NCBI GenBank assembly: GCA_032128375.1
Contig: JAQBGU010000020.1
Coordinates: 1 to 35,809 of the forward strand
Length of the DNA stretch: 35,809 nucleotides
Origin: Deltaproteobacteria bacterium
Lineage (GTDB): Bacteria > Myxococcota_A > UBA9160 > SMWR01
Direction: 5' to 3'
Numbering within the stretch: position 1 is the first letter of the stretch; each line of letters begins with the position of its first letter. Positions 17,865 through 27,367 of this stretch are shown in pieces. The notes under the pieces are model-generated. The model did not search any database. It saw only the letters and a list, made by a program, of their open reading frames with translations, and was not told the DNA's origin. A program made the translations under genes and the position numbers.

Positions 17865-19071
17865 AGGAACCTTGCTGGCTCTGGTGACACTCGTGGGTGC
17901 ATCCAGTGCGACGGCGGGCGCCCTCGACGACTGCTTGGCGGCGAGCGATCTGCTGCGGGTCGCCCGCGTGCTCGATCCGCAAGGGCGGGTCGTTTACGCG
18001 CAGGTACTCGAGCAGCGGGACGGTCATATTACGCGCGCTGTGAAGATCGCGGACGCGGACAAATCGCTCGCCGATGTGTTCGCGAGCAGCAGCCAGCGCA
18101 GCGACGAGCCGTTCTCTGTTGCGGACGACCGGGTTTGCGCGGTAGTTGACCTCCCCGAAGCCGACATCGACGCCGAGACTCACGTCATCGTATCGACCGG
18201 GTTGAACTTTGCGGCGCACGCGGAGGAGGCCGGTGGCGGAGACGTATTCCTGTTCCCGAAGCCGGCGGCGCCCAGCCGGCCCTACGCGCGCGTTCACGCG
18301 CCGGCCGGAGTGACCCTGCTGGACTACGAGGTCGAACTCGCGTTCGTGCTTCTCGAGGAGGTCGACCCGTTCGATCCGCCCTCACGCGAGGCGCTGCTCG
18401 CAAAGAGCGCCTTCTTCCTGTCGAACGACGTGTCCGACCGGGAGGCAATCATCCGCAACGCCGCCATTTCCGGTACCGGCACCGGCTTCGCAGAAGGCAA
18501 GGGACAGCCGGGCTTTTTTCCTGCTGGCCCCTGGATGGTGCGCGGCACGGAACTCTTCGCGGCCGTCGCGGCCTGCGGTGCCGACGGACTGGGGTTGATT
18601 CTCTCGGTGGGCGACGAAACCGAGCCCCGCCAGGACGCGACCACAACCCAGATGATCCTCCAGCCAGACGAACTGGTTGCGCGCATCGGCACCTGGATCC
18701 CGGAGCACGGTCGCCGCTCTTCGATGGGCTTCGTACGAGATGGCGCAGAGCGCTTCTATCCATTGGCGGTCGGCGCGGAGGCGCCGAAGCTCACGGCCGG
18801 CAGCATCGTCCAGACCGGGACGCCCGAGGGAGTTGCGCTCAACGCGCCGGGGCCGTTCGGCGTAGCGCTACGCGGCGTGCTGCGTCTGCGCAGCCCCTTC
18901 TCGCAATTCCTTGTCGAAGAGAAGGCGCGTGTCGCAAGAGGAGGCACCCAGGACCTCGCCCCCGGAGACGTCGTACGCGCGAAGATTGATGGACTCGGGG
19001 CCCAGGTTTTCGAAATCGGCGAAGCGGCCGGTCATGCCGAACCGCACGCCTGCAAAGCGGGAGAGAAATGA
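17860..19071 (+). CDS. Fumarylacetoacetate hydrolase (FAH)-superfamily protein with predicted signal peptide
   Basis: GLNFAAHAEE, FLFPKP, LDYEVELA, NDVSDR, GKG..GFFPAGPW, TGTPEGV. N-terminus MRGTLLALVTLVGASSATAG. Alternative in-frame ATG at 17788. Confidence 0.85.
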   Translation: MRGTLLALVTLVGASSATAGALDDCLAASDLLRVARVLDPQGRVVYAQVLEQRDGHITRAVKIADADKSLADVFASSSQRSDEPFSVADDRVCAVVDLPEADIDAETHVIVSTGLNFAAHAEEAGGGDVFLFPKPAAPSRPYARVHAPAGVTLLDYEVELAFVLLEEVDPFDPPSREALLAKSAFFLSNDVSDREAIIRNAAISGTGTGFAEGKGQPGFFPAGPWMVRGTELFAAVAACGADGLGLILSVGDETEPRQDATTTQMILQPDELVARIGTWIPEHGRRSSMGFVRDGAERFYPLAVGAEAPKLTAGSIVQTGTPEGVALNAPGPFGVALRGVLRLRSPFSQFLVEEKARVARGGTQDLAPGDVVRAKIDGLGAQVFEIGEAAGHAEPHACKAGEK

Positions 19072-19508
19072 GTTCCGAGACCCGAAATCTCGCGATCCGC
19101 GTGGCGCTCACGCTGACCGCCATGGAGTTCTTCGGGCCGCTGGTCCGCGACACAGATTCAAGTCATGTGCTGCACCCGGATTGGGTGGGACACGCGCGTG
19201 TGCACCTGGCTTGGCTTCTCGGGTTCATGCTGCTATCGGGGCTCGCCAACCTTTACTTCATCTGGTTCAGGCGTCCGACCCTCGAGAGCCTGCGGCTTTC
19301 GGCCCTCTGGCAGAGCTGCAACCTCGGCGGCTTCTGGCTGGCAATCGTGATGAACCCGCTTTACGAGGGCGCGATCACAGTCCCGGGCGTGCACGTCGAG
19401 ATCTTGGGCTTCGATGAGAACGTCTTTGTCTTCAGCATTCTGTCGCTGATCATGGCGGGTGTCTGGGTGGCGCTGCACGCAAAGCGAGAAACCCATGATC
19501 CCGGCTGA
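19068..19508 (+). CDS. Small membrane protein (DUF6640-like)
   Basis: SHVLHPDWVGHARVHLAW motif followed by hydrophobic helices; ATGA coupling to the upstream gene. Confidence 0.7.
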   Translation: MSSETRNLAIRVALTLTAMEFFGPLVRDTDSSHVLHPDWVGHARVHLAWLLGFMLLSGLANLYFIWFRRPTLESLRLSALWQSCNLGGFWLAIVMNPLYEGAITVPGVHVEILGFDENVFVFSILSLIMAGVWVALHAKRETHDPG

Positions 19509-21174
19509 AGTCCCAGTCCTGATCGTTGGCGCCGGACCGTCCGGGCTGATGGCGGCATTGCTGCTGGAGCGGGTGGGCATCGAGGCGCTCGTCATCGAAC
19601 GGCGCGCCGAGCCGCAGCGCGCGCCGGCGGCCCACGTAGTCAACGCCCGCACGTTCGAGATCTGTCGGGCGGCTGGTATCGATATGCAGGCCGTCGCCAC
19701 GGCCGCGATTTCGCCCGCCGACGCCGGCTTCGTCGACTGGGTGACGAAACTCGGCGGCACCCGGCTCGGCCGTCTCCCCTTCGAGCGCCAGGGCGACGAT
19801 CAGCTCGGTGTCACGCCCACGCCGTTGCGCAACCTGTCCCAGAACAAGTTCGAGCCGCTGCTGCTCGACGCGCTCGCGGCGACGCCGCACTGGCTCTGCC
19901 AGTGGGAATCGGCCGACCAGGACGAGCGCGGAGTGACGGCACGCTTGCGCAATCTTTCGACTGACCAGATCAGCTCGGTCCGCTGCCGCTACTTGATTGC
20001 CGCGGACGGTGCCGGCAGCCGCGTGCGCAAGTCGCTCGAGATCCCGGTTCACGGGCCGGAGCGCCTGCAGACTTTTGTGATGATTCATCTTCGTGTTGCG
20101 CTGCGCGATCGTCTCGGAACGCCACCGAGCGTGCTGAACTTTGTCTGCGACCCGACCAATTCCGGTGTATTCGTGGTGCACGACCTCGACGCCGAAGCGA
20201 CCTTCATGGTCGCATACGATGCGGACCACGAGTCGATCGAGGACTACGACGAAGAGCGTTGCATCAGCCTGGTGCGCCGTGCGTTGGAAGACCCAAATCT
20301 CGAATTTTCGATCGAGACGATCTCCACCTGGGCGATGACCGCCCAGGTGGCGGAGCGTTACCGCGAGGGTCGCATCTTCCTGGTTGGCGATTCCGCGCAC
20401 CGCTTCCCGCCAACCGGCGGGCTGGGTCTCAACACCGGCGTGCAGGACGCTCACAACCTGGCTTGGAAGATGGCAGCCGTGCTCAACGGGAAAGCCAGTG
20501 ACTTGCTGCTCGAGAGCTACGAAGCCGAACGCAAGCCGGTGGCGCAGACGAATGCCGACCAGAGCCTGCGCAACGCGTTGAAGCTGATCCAGGTGCCCCA
20601 GGCGCTCGGTACCCTCGACCCCACAGAGGCATCGCGCGCCCGGATGGAAGCTACGCTTGCCGACCCGGCGGGACGCGAGCGTGTGGCGTCGGCGATCGCG
20701 AACCAGGCGGAGCACTTCGACATGCCGGGCCTTCAGCTCGGCTTCAGCTACGCGCCAGATGCCGACACGATCGATCCGCGGAGCTTCGTGCCTTCGGGTG
20801 CACCTGGGTGTCGGCTTCCCCACGCTTGGGTCGACGAAAACGGCACACGCAGTTCGCTGCTCGACTGGGTCCCGCTCGATGCCTTCTTGCTGGTCGCCGG
20901 CCCCGCCGGCCAGCGCTGGCTCGACGCGGTGCAGTCGATCGCAGATCCGATGCTGCTCGCGCGCGTGGTTTCCGCGCAAGAGCTGACGGAACCTACAATC
21001 TGGCTCACCGCCGCTGGCATCGAATCTTCCGGTGCGCTGCTCGTGCGTCCGGACCAGCACATAGCCTGGCGCGCGACGACCGACCGGGGTCGCAACGGCT
21101 TGGCGGACGCCCTCGCCAGAGCGCTCGAGGGCCAGGGATTCCAAGTGCGAGCTGGAGCCGAGGCTCGGAGCTGA
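19495..21174 (+). CDS. FAD-dependent monooxygenase (PheA/TfdB-like, group A)
   Basis: VLIVGAGPSG, LIAADGAGS, FLVGDSAHRFPPTGGLGLNTGVQDAHNLAWK, PGCRLPHAW, LLVRPDQHIAWR. Confidence 0.93.
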   Translation: MIPAEVPVLIVGAGPSGLMAALLLERVGIEALVIERRAEPQRAPAAHVVNARTFEICRAAGIDMQAVATAAISPADAGFVDWVTKLGGTRLGRLPFERQGDDQLGVTPTPLRNLSQNKFEPLLLDALAATPHWLCQWESADQDERGVTARLRNLSTDQISSVRCRYLIAADGAGSRVRKSLEIPVHGPERLQTFVMIHLRVALRDRLGTPPSVLNFVCDPTNSGVFVVHDLDAEATFMVAYDADHESIEDYDEERCISLVRRALEDPNLEFSIETISTWAMTAQVAERYREGRIFLVGDSAHRFPPTGGLGLNTGVQDAHNLAWKMAAVLNGKASDLLLESYEAERKPVAQTNADQSLRNALKLIQVPQALGTLDPTEASRARMEATLADPAGRERVASAIANQAEHFDMPGLQLGFSYAPDADTIDPRSFVPSGAPGCRLPHAWVDENGTRSSLLDWVPLDAFLLVAGPAGQRWLDAVQSIADPMLLARVVSAQELTEPTIWLTAAGIESSGALLVRPDQHIAWRATTDRGRNGLADALARALEGQGFQVRAGAEARS

Positions 21175-21287
21175 ACCCCGCTCCTGCCTGTGATTGCGCG
21201 GATTCTCCGATGGGTGCCCATCCGAACGAATCGCGCATCGCGCATTGTTTGATAGAGGGCATTCTTCCGGAGAACACTCGAGTGTGT

Positions 21288-22589
21288 CTAATCCTCAGGA
21301 GATCCGCGGGAGGCCTTCGGTTCGGGTGTGTAGCCGAGGCAGAGCTCGATGCGTTCTGCCAGTGTGGGGTGTGAGTAGCGCCAGAAACGGATGAAGGGGT
21401 GGGGGTCCGGGAGGGCTTTCGAGTCCTCGGCGAACTTCACGAAGGCACGCGCGCCGGCTTTGTTGAGGCTTGTGAGCTCGAGAGAGAAGACGTCGGCCTC
21501 GTGCTCCCAGTGGCGGGAGATTCCGCTCATGGCGGGGCTCATGAAGAAAAGGAAGGAGCCAAAGATGAGGATCAGCAACGGAATGGCGGCGGGATCGTGG
21601 GCCGAGTGAATTCCCCAGGCTTCGCCCCAGCGCCCGATCGAGGCATCGATGGCGTGCTGGCCGATCCAGTAGACCAACAGCAAGATCGCGAGCATGGACG
21701 CGATGAGCTTCCAGATGTGGCCGAGCACGTAGTGGCCCATTTCGTGGCCCATGACAAAAAGCAGCTCGTCGCGGTCCATCTTGGCGATGATCGTGTCCCA
21801 CATGACGATGCGTTTTGTCGGACCAATTCCGTTCACGTAAGCGTTCATGGTCTTCGTCTGGCGCGATTTGTCGACCTCATACACTCGCCCACCACTGATC
21901 CCCGCCTGCGCGGCCAGCTCGAGGAGCGAATCGCGCAGCGCTTCGTCCCCGAGCGGTTGAAAGTCGTTGAAGACGGGGTCGAGCACCACGGGAGCGACTG
22001 CAACCATCAGCACGAAAAGGGGAACGGTCCCGATCCAGATCGCCAGCCACCAGCGCTCGAAACGTCGAATGCCCAAGAGCGCCAATCCAGCCAGCGGCGC
22101 GCCGATCACGATGCTGATCAAAAGCTGCTTCGCCTGATCCCAGAGCCAGAGCCCGAAGCGCTGATCGCTCAGATCGTAGTGGTGGGGGATTGCGAAGCCC
22201 TGGGCGAATGTCATGGGAAATTCCAGCAGAGTCGCGAGCGGCAGATAGAGGGCGACGAACCCCATCGTGACGAGGAAGGAGCGCCGGGTGATCCGCCTCG
22301 CCACGTCGCGGATTCGACGAGAGGCGCCACTCGCGAGGATGATGACCACCACCCCGAAGCTCCACAGCACACCCGCAAAGTAGAGGCCGTCGACCCAGTT
22401 CTGATGCTCCCGCATCTCGTCGGTGACCGTGACGTTATAGGGATCCTTTGAAGCGTCGGTGCGGAGCTCTACACCGGGATCCGTGTTGGCGGCAACGTTC
22501 GGGGAGGCCGCGAAGGCTTGGGTCGGGAGAAGTGTGCCTGACACGGCGACGAAGGTTGCGAAGACCGCCGGGACGAGAACCGATCTCAT
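21288..22589 (-). CDS. M48 family (Ste24-like) membrane zinc metallopeptidase
   Basis: NAYVNGIGPTKRIVMWDT, HEMGH zinc motif, EHEAD, YSHP..ER. Start uncertain (ATG 22589 or 22652). Confidence 0.92.
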   Translation of the reverse strand: MRSVLVPAVFATFVAVSGTLLPTQAFAASPNVAANTDPGVELRTDASKDPYNVTVTDEMREHQNWVDGLYFAGVLWSFGVVVIILASGASRRIRDVARRITRRSFLVTMGFVALYLPLATLLEFPMTFAQGFAIPHHYDLSDQRFGLWLWDQAKQLLISIVIGAPLAGLALLGIRRFERWWLAIWIGTVPLFVLMVAVAPVVLDPVFNDFQPLGDEALRDSLLELAAQAGISGGRVYEVDKSRQTKTMNAYVNGIGPTKRIVMWDTIIAKMDRDELLFVMGHEMGHYVLGHIWKLIASMLAILLLVYWIGQHAIDASIGRWGEAWGIHSAHDPAAIPLLILIFGSFLFFMSPAMSGISRHWEHEADVFSLELTSLNKAGARAFVKFAEDSKALPDPHPFIRFWRYSHPTLAERIELCLGYTPEPKASRGSPED

Positions 22590-22893
22590 CCGGATCCGCA
22601 GGTATGCCGCCAGCGAACTGGACGTTTTTCCTACCCGACTGCCCCGAATCATCCGCCTTCCCTCGAAGCCTTTGGATTTCTTGCATCCCGACCGAAGACT
22701 CGAACCGTACACGATCGGGGGACGACGTTCCCCGATCCAACAGCGCGCGACGCGAGGAAGAGCCCCTATCACAGCTGGCTGTTCCGGATGGTCCGCGCTG
22801 CTGGCTTCGCGCAGACCTGCTCGGGGAGAAATTCCGCGCGTTCAGATCAGAGGCGGTCCGCGCATCGCCATTCGAGCGAGCGCAGCCAGACAG

Positions 22894-23580
22894 CTAGTCG
22901 TAGAAGTAGGTCAGGCCGACCAGAAACAGAGCATCATTGATCCCATCGTTTTCCTTTTGGGTACCCGCATTCGAGATGTGTTGCCATCGGGCTTCCAGCG
23001 TCAGCGCCGTTCGACCCGTCACGAACCAATGGGTCCCCGCTCCGGTGCCGACATTGAAGTTGAAACCATCGGCCTGCCTTTCGAGATCGAAATCCACGCC
23101 GAGGATTCCGAAATTCAGGTCGATGAACGGAATCAACCGTTCATTTCGCAAAAAGTTGTAACGCAGCGTAGTCCCGGCTCCACCAGCGAAGCCAGATGTG
23201 GGACCTGTATTGATCAAGAAGGCGCCTTCGATCAATATCTCCACGTTGCCACTCCACCACGCGTCGCCTGCGATGGGATCGGTAATACCAAGACCGAGGC
23301 GGGGCACGATATTCACAGGATTCACATCGGAGAGTTCGCGGCTGATCCGACGATCGCGGCGACTGCCCACTCGAAAGCCCACGCCGTAGCCGGCGAGCCA
23401 TGCGACGTGCCTCGAACCGTCACGGAAATGCGTATTACCAACCGCAGTGCCGTCCGGCTCGGCAAAAGCCAGCGCCGGGCCTGTAAGCACAACGAGTGAA
23501 GCACCGAAGAGCAACCACTTTCGAAGGTTACGCGCCTTTCGACCCGGCGGACGCATTTGCGGTCGGCGATCCAGAGCCAT
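22894..23580 (-). CDS. Lipid A 3-O-deacylase PagL / acyloxyacyl hydrolase-like outer-membrane protein
   Basis: Signal-like segment, amphipathic beta strands, RWQHISNAG...NDGIN catalytic motif, aromatic C-terminal strand. Start uncertain. Confidence 0.8.
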   Translation of the reverse strand: MALDRRPQMRPPGRKARNLRKWLLFGASLVVLTGPALAFAEPDGTAVGNTHFRDGSRHVAWLAGYGVGFRVGSRRDRRISRELSDVNPVNIVPRLGLGITDPIAGDAWWSGNVEILIEGAFLINTGPTSGFAGGAGTTLRYNFLRNERLIPFIDLNFGILGVDFDLERQADGFNFNVGTGAGTHWFVTGRTALTLEARWQHISNAGTQKENDGINDALFLVGLTYFYD

Positions 23581-23958
23581 CGGCTGTCCCCATCCCTATG
23601 AGCTAGAAAGCAAATTCACTCGAGTCGCCCGGGTCTACAATCGGAGAGTTGAGCAGCCGCCCCGTCAACGCAAGCGTCGGGGGAGATCGCACATCGGTCG
23701 CCATTCATTTTGTCCGAAGGTTCGCCGATTCTCGAGTGTAGACTGAAGACGTGGCTTTCCGGCGAGGCTTGTAAGGTTGCGGCGAAATCGCGCAGCGTGG
23801 CGAGGCCGAGTTCGGGCACATTGCCGATGTCGTGCCCTGGCCCCGCGCGGCGCATGGTCGCCGCGACAACGGGTGGAGCCCACGCCAAGCGAGTTCGAGA
23901 AGGTCGCTTTGCGCACAAATCGAGCGACGTACGCAAGGCACCCGTGGCTTTCGCGAGT

Positions 23959-24300
23959 TCAGCCCTCGACGAAACTGCCGATTCGCTGGCGAAGGCTGTC
24001 CTCGACGTCGAGGAACCGGATACCCATGCCTGGAGAATCCGGAGTGCCGGGTTCGCGTCGCCACACGACCTCAGCGCGGATTTCGACGGGCGGCTCGAGG
24101 CCGGGTAATACGAATTCCATGGACAGCGTCTCGCCGACATTCGGCGGATTAGGGCTCTTGACGAACATCCCGCCGGCGCCAAGCACGCGGGCGAATTCGT
24201 GATAGATCTCGTCACGGCTGCGCCGTATCACGAGCAGATTGACGTCAGAGCGCGGGTAGTCGCGCTCGGTGCCGTCGTGCACGGCCTGGGTCGTGTTCAT
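23959..24300 (-). CDS. Stand-alone PilZ-domain protein (myxobacterial TIGR02266-like)
   Basis: ERDYPR (RxxxR), LGAGGMFV, EFVLPG, AEVVWRR, PGMGIRF. GAGG SD. Confidence 0.88.
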   Translation of the reverse strand: MNTTQAVHDGTERDYPRSDVNLLVIRRSRDEIYHEFARVLGAGGMFVKSPNPPNVGETLSMEFVLPGLEPPVEIRAEVVWRREPGTPDSPGMGIRFLDVEDSLRQRIGSFVEG

Positions 24301-24539
24301 GGTTGCCCTCCTCAGGCGGCCCGCTCCGAAGAGCGCGGGCTTCCCGCCTCATCGGTCAAAATTCGTTCCGGCCTGAGTCGCATTGCCCCCAGTCCCATAT
24401 CGACAGTCGCACTCGAACCATTCGGCCAGGCCGGGCAGTCGAAGAGCAACGAACGATTTGCGGGGGACCGCCACATCCGATGCAGACGGAATGGTAAATT
24501 CCCATCGGAAGTTGTTCGGAAAGTTGAAGTTGGTTCGGC

Positions 24540-25715
24540 CTACGCTCGATTTCGCCGCAACGCTACCGCGACGAGGCTCGCCGCAAGGATTGCCAAGCCA
24601 CCCCGCGGCAGCGCGGGGACGCTTGCAGCCAGTTCGATTTGGAAGACGTTGTCACTCGCGACGCCGGCGACATAGACATTGCCGGTGGTGTCCGTGGCCA
24701 CTCTCCCGGAAAACACAAGCGTGTTTCCGACGCCGTCTCCGGTTGCGTCGATGATTTGATCGATCGCTCCACTCGGGGCGATTCGAAACAGGTTGTTGGA
24801 GAATTGTCCCGAGACGCTGACGTTGCCGCTCGAGTCGACGGCGATGCCGAACGGCGTATTCAACAGGTTTCCGCGGCCGTCGCCCGTCGCGTCGATGATC
24901 TCGGTGATGGTTCCGCCCGGCGTGATCTCGAAGACGTTGTCACTGCCGTTTCCAGCGACGTAGATGTTGCCGTCCGCGTCCACGGCGATGTCGGCCGGGG
25001 CACCGAGCGGGTTCACGGAGTCACCCGTCGAGTCAATGATCTGGCTGATCGTCCCGCCCGGCGTGATCCGAAAGACATTGTGGCTGCCGGATCCGGCAAC
25101 ATAGACGTTTCCGCTGGCGTCCAATTCGACAGCTCCCGGGCCGTCCAGGATGTTTCCGCCGCCGTCACCCGTCGAGTCGATGATCTCGCTGACGGTCCCG
25201 GTGGGCGAGATCTTGAAGACATTGTCGCTGGCATTTCCGGAGACGTAGATGCTGCCGCTCCCGTCCACTGCGATGTCGATCGCGCTGTCCAATGTTTTTC
25301 CGTTGCCATCGCCTGTCGCGTCGATGATCTCGGTGATGACTCCGCCAGGCGTGATCTTGAACGCATTGTCACTGTCGCGACCCACGACGTAGACGTTGTC
25401 GCTGGCATCTATCGCGACTGCACTGGCACCATCCAACGCGTTTCCGGCGCCGTCGCCCGTCGCATCGATGATCTCGGAGATGACTCCGGCCGGCGTGACC
25501 TTGAAGGCATTGTCGCTGTCGTTTGCGACGAGATAGACATTTCCGTGCCCGTCAACGCCAATGCCGCCCGGACCGTCCAGCGGATTGCCGGCGCCGTCTC
25601 CAGTCGCATCGATGATCTCGGTCACCAGCGCCGCGCCGTCAGCCGGGGGCACCCAGGCGATTCCGTGGGCGATAGGGATCCAGGCCAGAGCCAGGATGTG
25701 GATTGCCAGCTTCAT
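24540..25715 (-). CDS. Exported 7-repeat beta-propeller (NHL/SBBP-like) with IPTL-CTERM-like sorting tail
   Basis: Signal peptide; seven ~48-aa repeats (EIIDATGDG.GN.L..P..IAVD..GNVYV.G..SDNVF.ITP.G, 144-bp DNA period); tail SVPALPRGGLAILAASLVAVALRRNRA. AAGGAG SD before ATG 25715. Confidence 0.88.
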   Translation of the reverse strand: MKLAIHILALAWIPIAHGIAWVPPADGAALVTEIIDATGDGAGNPLDGPGGIGVDGHGNVYLVANDSDNAFKVTPAGVISEIIDATGDGAGNALDGASAVAIDASDNVYVVGRDSDNAFKITPGGVITEIIDATGDGNGKTLDSAIDIAVDGSGSIYVSGNASDNVFKISPTGTVSEIIDSTGDGGGNILDGPGAVELDASGNVYVAGSGSHNVFRITPGGTISQIIDSTGDSVNPLGAPADIAVDADGNIYVAGNGSDNVFEITPGGTITEIIDATGDGRGNLLNTPFGIAVDSSGNVSVSGQFSNNLFRIAPSGAIDQIIDATGDGVGNTLVFSGRVATDTTGNVYVAGVASDNVFQIELAASVPALPRGGLAILAASLVAVALRRNRA

Positions 25716-25802
25716 ATGGATGCTCCTTCTTTTCACTGCCTGTAGCTGTGGCGCCGGCTACAGACCAGCGCCGGGCGTTACGCGCGGACTCGATGCCTGA
25801 TG

Positions 25803-25818
25803 TGCAAAGGCCATGCCG
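25803..25818 (-). promoter_or_regulatory. Putative sigma-54 (-24/-12) promoter for the beta-propeller gene
   Basis: Minus strand CGGCATG-GCCT-TTGCA fits TGGCAYG-N4-TTGCW with GG-N10-GC spacing, about 90 nt upstream of ATG 25715. Confidence 0.55.
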
Positions 25819-26163
25819 CTCTTCGCCGACAGCTGACTTACGCAGCTGTGATGGTCATCCCGGCGATTGGACGAGCATTTTCGTCGAGCGGTCGGCCGAC
25901 AGGACTGAGTCCTTCACCCCGGACCCTCGCGTCTGTGTCTCCCAAAGACGGCGCCTTCGGTTCCCCCTGAAGTTTCTTGCATAGCCCATCGCAGATAGCC
26001 CCTCATCGCAATACCCCCGTGGGGATTCCAGGAATCAGCTCTCGAAGGCGAAATGAGGAAAAAAATTGGACACTTTTTGAGTCTTTTTCACCACACATAC
26101 AAGTAGTTTGGCTTTCGAAGCTTTTTACCTCTGATCCTGCGACAGAGTTCACGGAGATGTCCC

Positions 26164-26760
26164 ATGAATCGCCTCAATCGGGTAGTAGTTGGTGTTGGAA
26201 TCGCGTTGCTGTGGTCGTCACAAGCAGGGGCGTTGGTGATGGACGACGGCTTTTTCGTCGAATCTACCTTGGTCGACTTCGAATCTGGATTCCATCTAGG
26301 CGGCTTCGCGAGCCATCAAGTCGACGGTGCGGCGTTCTGGTCCTCCTCAGGTTCAGCCACCCTCGGCGTCCTGAACCTTGGCTTGGGCAGCTTCCTGATG
26401 GAGATCACGGGAAGCATTAGAATCGACTTCACGACCGAAGCCGTTCGCGTCGGTTTCGACTACTTCGCCGGCTCTCCGATCTACCTGGAGGCGTACGACG
26501 GCGGTGGCACGCTTCTCAACCCGGGTGACACCGGGGGCTTGACTGGGATGGGATTCCTGGGTTTCGAATCTACCAGTGCGCCGATCGCGTCCGTCATCAT
26601 CCACGACACCGGCCTCACCTTCATGGTCGATAACCTGCGCTTCGATGCCCCCCTCAGTGCCTCGCTCGTCCCAGTGCCGGAGCCGCGTGCCGCTCTCCTT
26701 TTCTCCGTCGGACTGCTCACGGCGGTCACCGCCATCCGTCGCAAGAGCCAGTCGTCCTGA
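26164..26760 (+). CDS. PEP-CTERM sorting-domain surface protein
   Basis: Signal peptide ending SSQAGA; C-terminal VPEPRAALLFSVGLLTAVTAIRRK. GGAG SD. Confidence 0.9.
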   Translation: MNRLNRVVVGVGIALLWSSQAGALVMDDGFFVESTLVDFESGFHLGGFASHQVDGAAFWSSSGSATLGVLNLGLGSFLMEITGSIRIDFTTEAVRVGFDYFAGSPIYLEAYDGGGTLLNPGDTGGLTGMGFLGFESTSAPIASVIIHDTGLTFMVDNLRFDAPLSASLVPVPEPRAALLFSVGLLTAVTAIRRKSQSS

Positions 26761-26782
26761 CGCCGTCTACTCAGCGGTCCTT

Positions 26783-26875
26783 CTACCCTTCCAGCTCAAC
26801 CGATTCGGCCTGGTAGGTCAACGTGTCGGCGACGTCATCCGAGACGTAGCGCGCGAGTATCTGGCGAATGAACTG
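26783..26875 (-). pseudogene. Possible remnant of a class III adenylate/guanylate cyclase gene
   Basis: Translates QFIRQILARYVSDDVADTLTYQAESVELEG*, resembling the pre-catalytic linker FIR.TFGRY(V/L)S..V...L......LGGE. No start codon and no catalytic domain. Confidence 0.4.
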
Positions 26876-26935
26876 GCCGCCGGAGTTCGTAGAAGATGGG
26901 GCGGTTGCGGCGTCGTGCGGGTGCAGCTCCCGCTC

Positions 26936-27367
26936 TCACGCTCGTGGCGAGTTGCGAGCCGCCCAGTTTTCACGCATCTCGAGGTAGCTGAAGGAGGCCG
27001 TCCAGGCGATCAAGACGAGGCCGGCGAGCGATTCGACACCGGCGAGGATCCGCGCATTGCCGATCGGCACGATGTCGCCGTAGCCGAGGGACGTATAGGT
27101 CGAAAAAGAGAAGTAGATCATTCCGACGACGTCCAGATCGGGCTCAGACAATTCCCCTACACCGGAGCGGACCAGCAGCATCCAGCCGGCTGCGAACGTC
27201 AGCACCTCGAAAACGTGGGCGAGCATGGCGCCGAGAACGGCTAAGGCGATCCGCAGTCGATGAGGGATCGTCGCGTGGGCGGCCAGCCAATACGCGGCGC
27301 TGAGCGCCTCGAAGTGGATCCCCACGGCGAGGAGTACGAGCACCAGGCTGATGGCAACGACAAAGAT
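26936..27367 (-). CDS. Small potassium-channel-like (Ion_trans_2) protein
   Basis: IHFEAL, AHVFEV, IYFSFSTYTSLGYGDIVP (filter-like), GVESLAGLVLIAWTASF. Start either GTG 27343 or ATC 27367 (GAGGG 7 nt upstream). Confidence 0.85.
   Translation of the reverse strand: MFVVAISLVLVLLAVGIHFEALSAAYWLAAHATIPHRLRIALAVLGAMLAHVFEVLTFAAGWMLLVRSGVGELSEPDLDVVGMIYFSFSTYTSLGYGDIVPIGNARILAGVESLAGLVLIAWTASFSYLEMRENWAARNSPRA

Noticed and set aside
19450..21144. Long antisense or alternate-frame ORFs (also 129..1175, 7041..8174, 9091..10059, 11975..13108, 21399..22451, 24639..25745, 30969..32462, 33536..34753)
   Set aside because: Shadow ORFs from high-GC codon bias overlapping genes with clear family motifs; they show no recognisable domains.
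23776..24561. 15-bp inverted repeat (gttgcggcgaaatcg / cgatttcgccgcaac) flanking the PilZ gene
   Set aside because: About one such match is expected by chance in 36 kb of GC-rich DNA; one arm lies inside a CDS; no recombinase nearby.
24640..25625. 144-bp periodic DNA repeats as a non-coding array
   Set aside because: Fully explained by the 48-aa repeats of the beta-propeller CDS.
26107..26125. Sigma-54 promoter for the PEP-CTERM gene (tggctttcgaagct)
   Set aside because: GG-to-GC spacing is 8 nt rather than the required 10.
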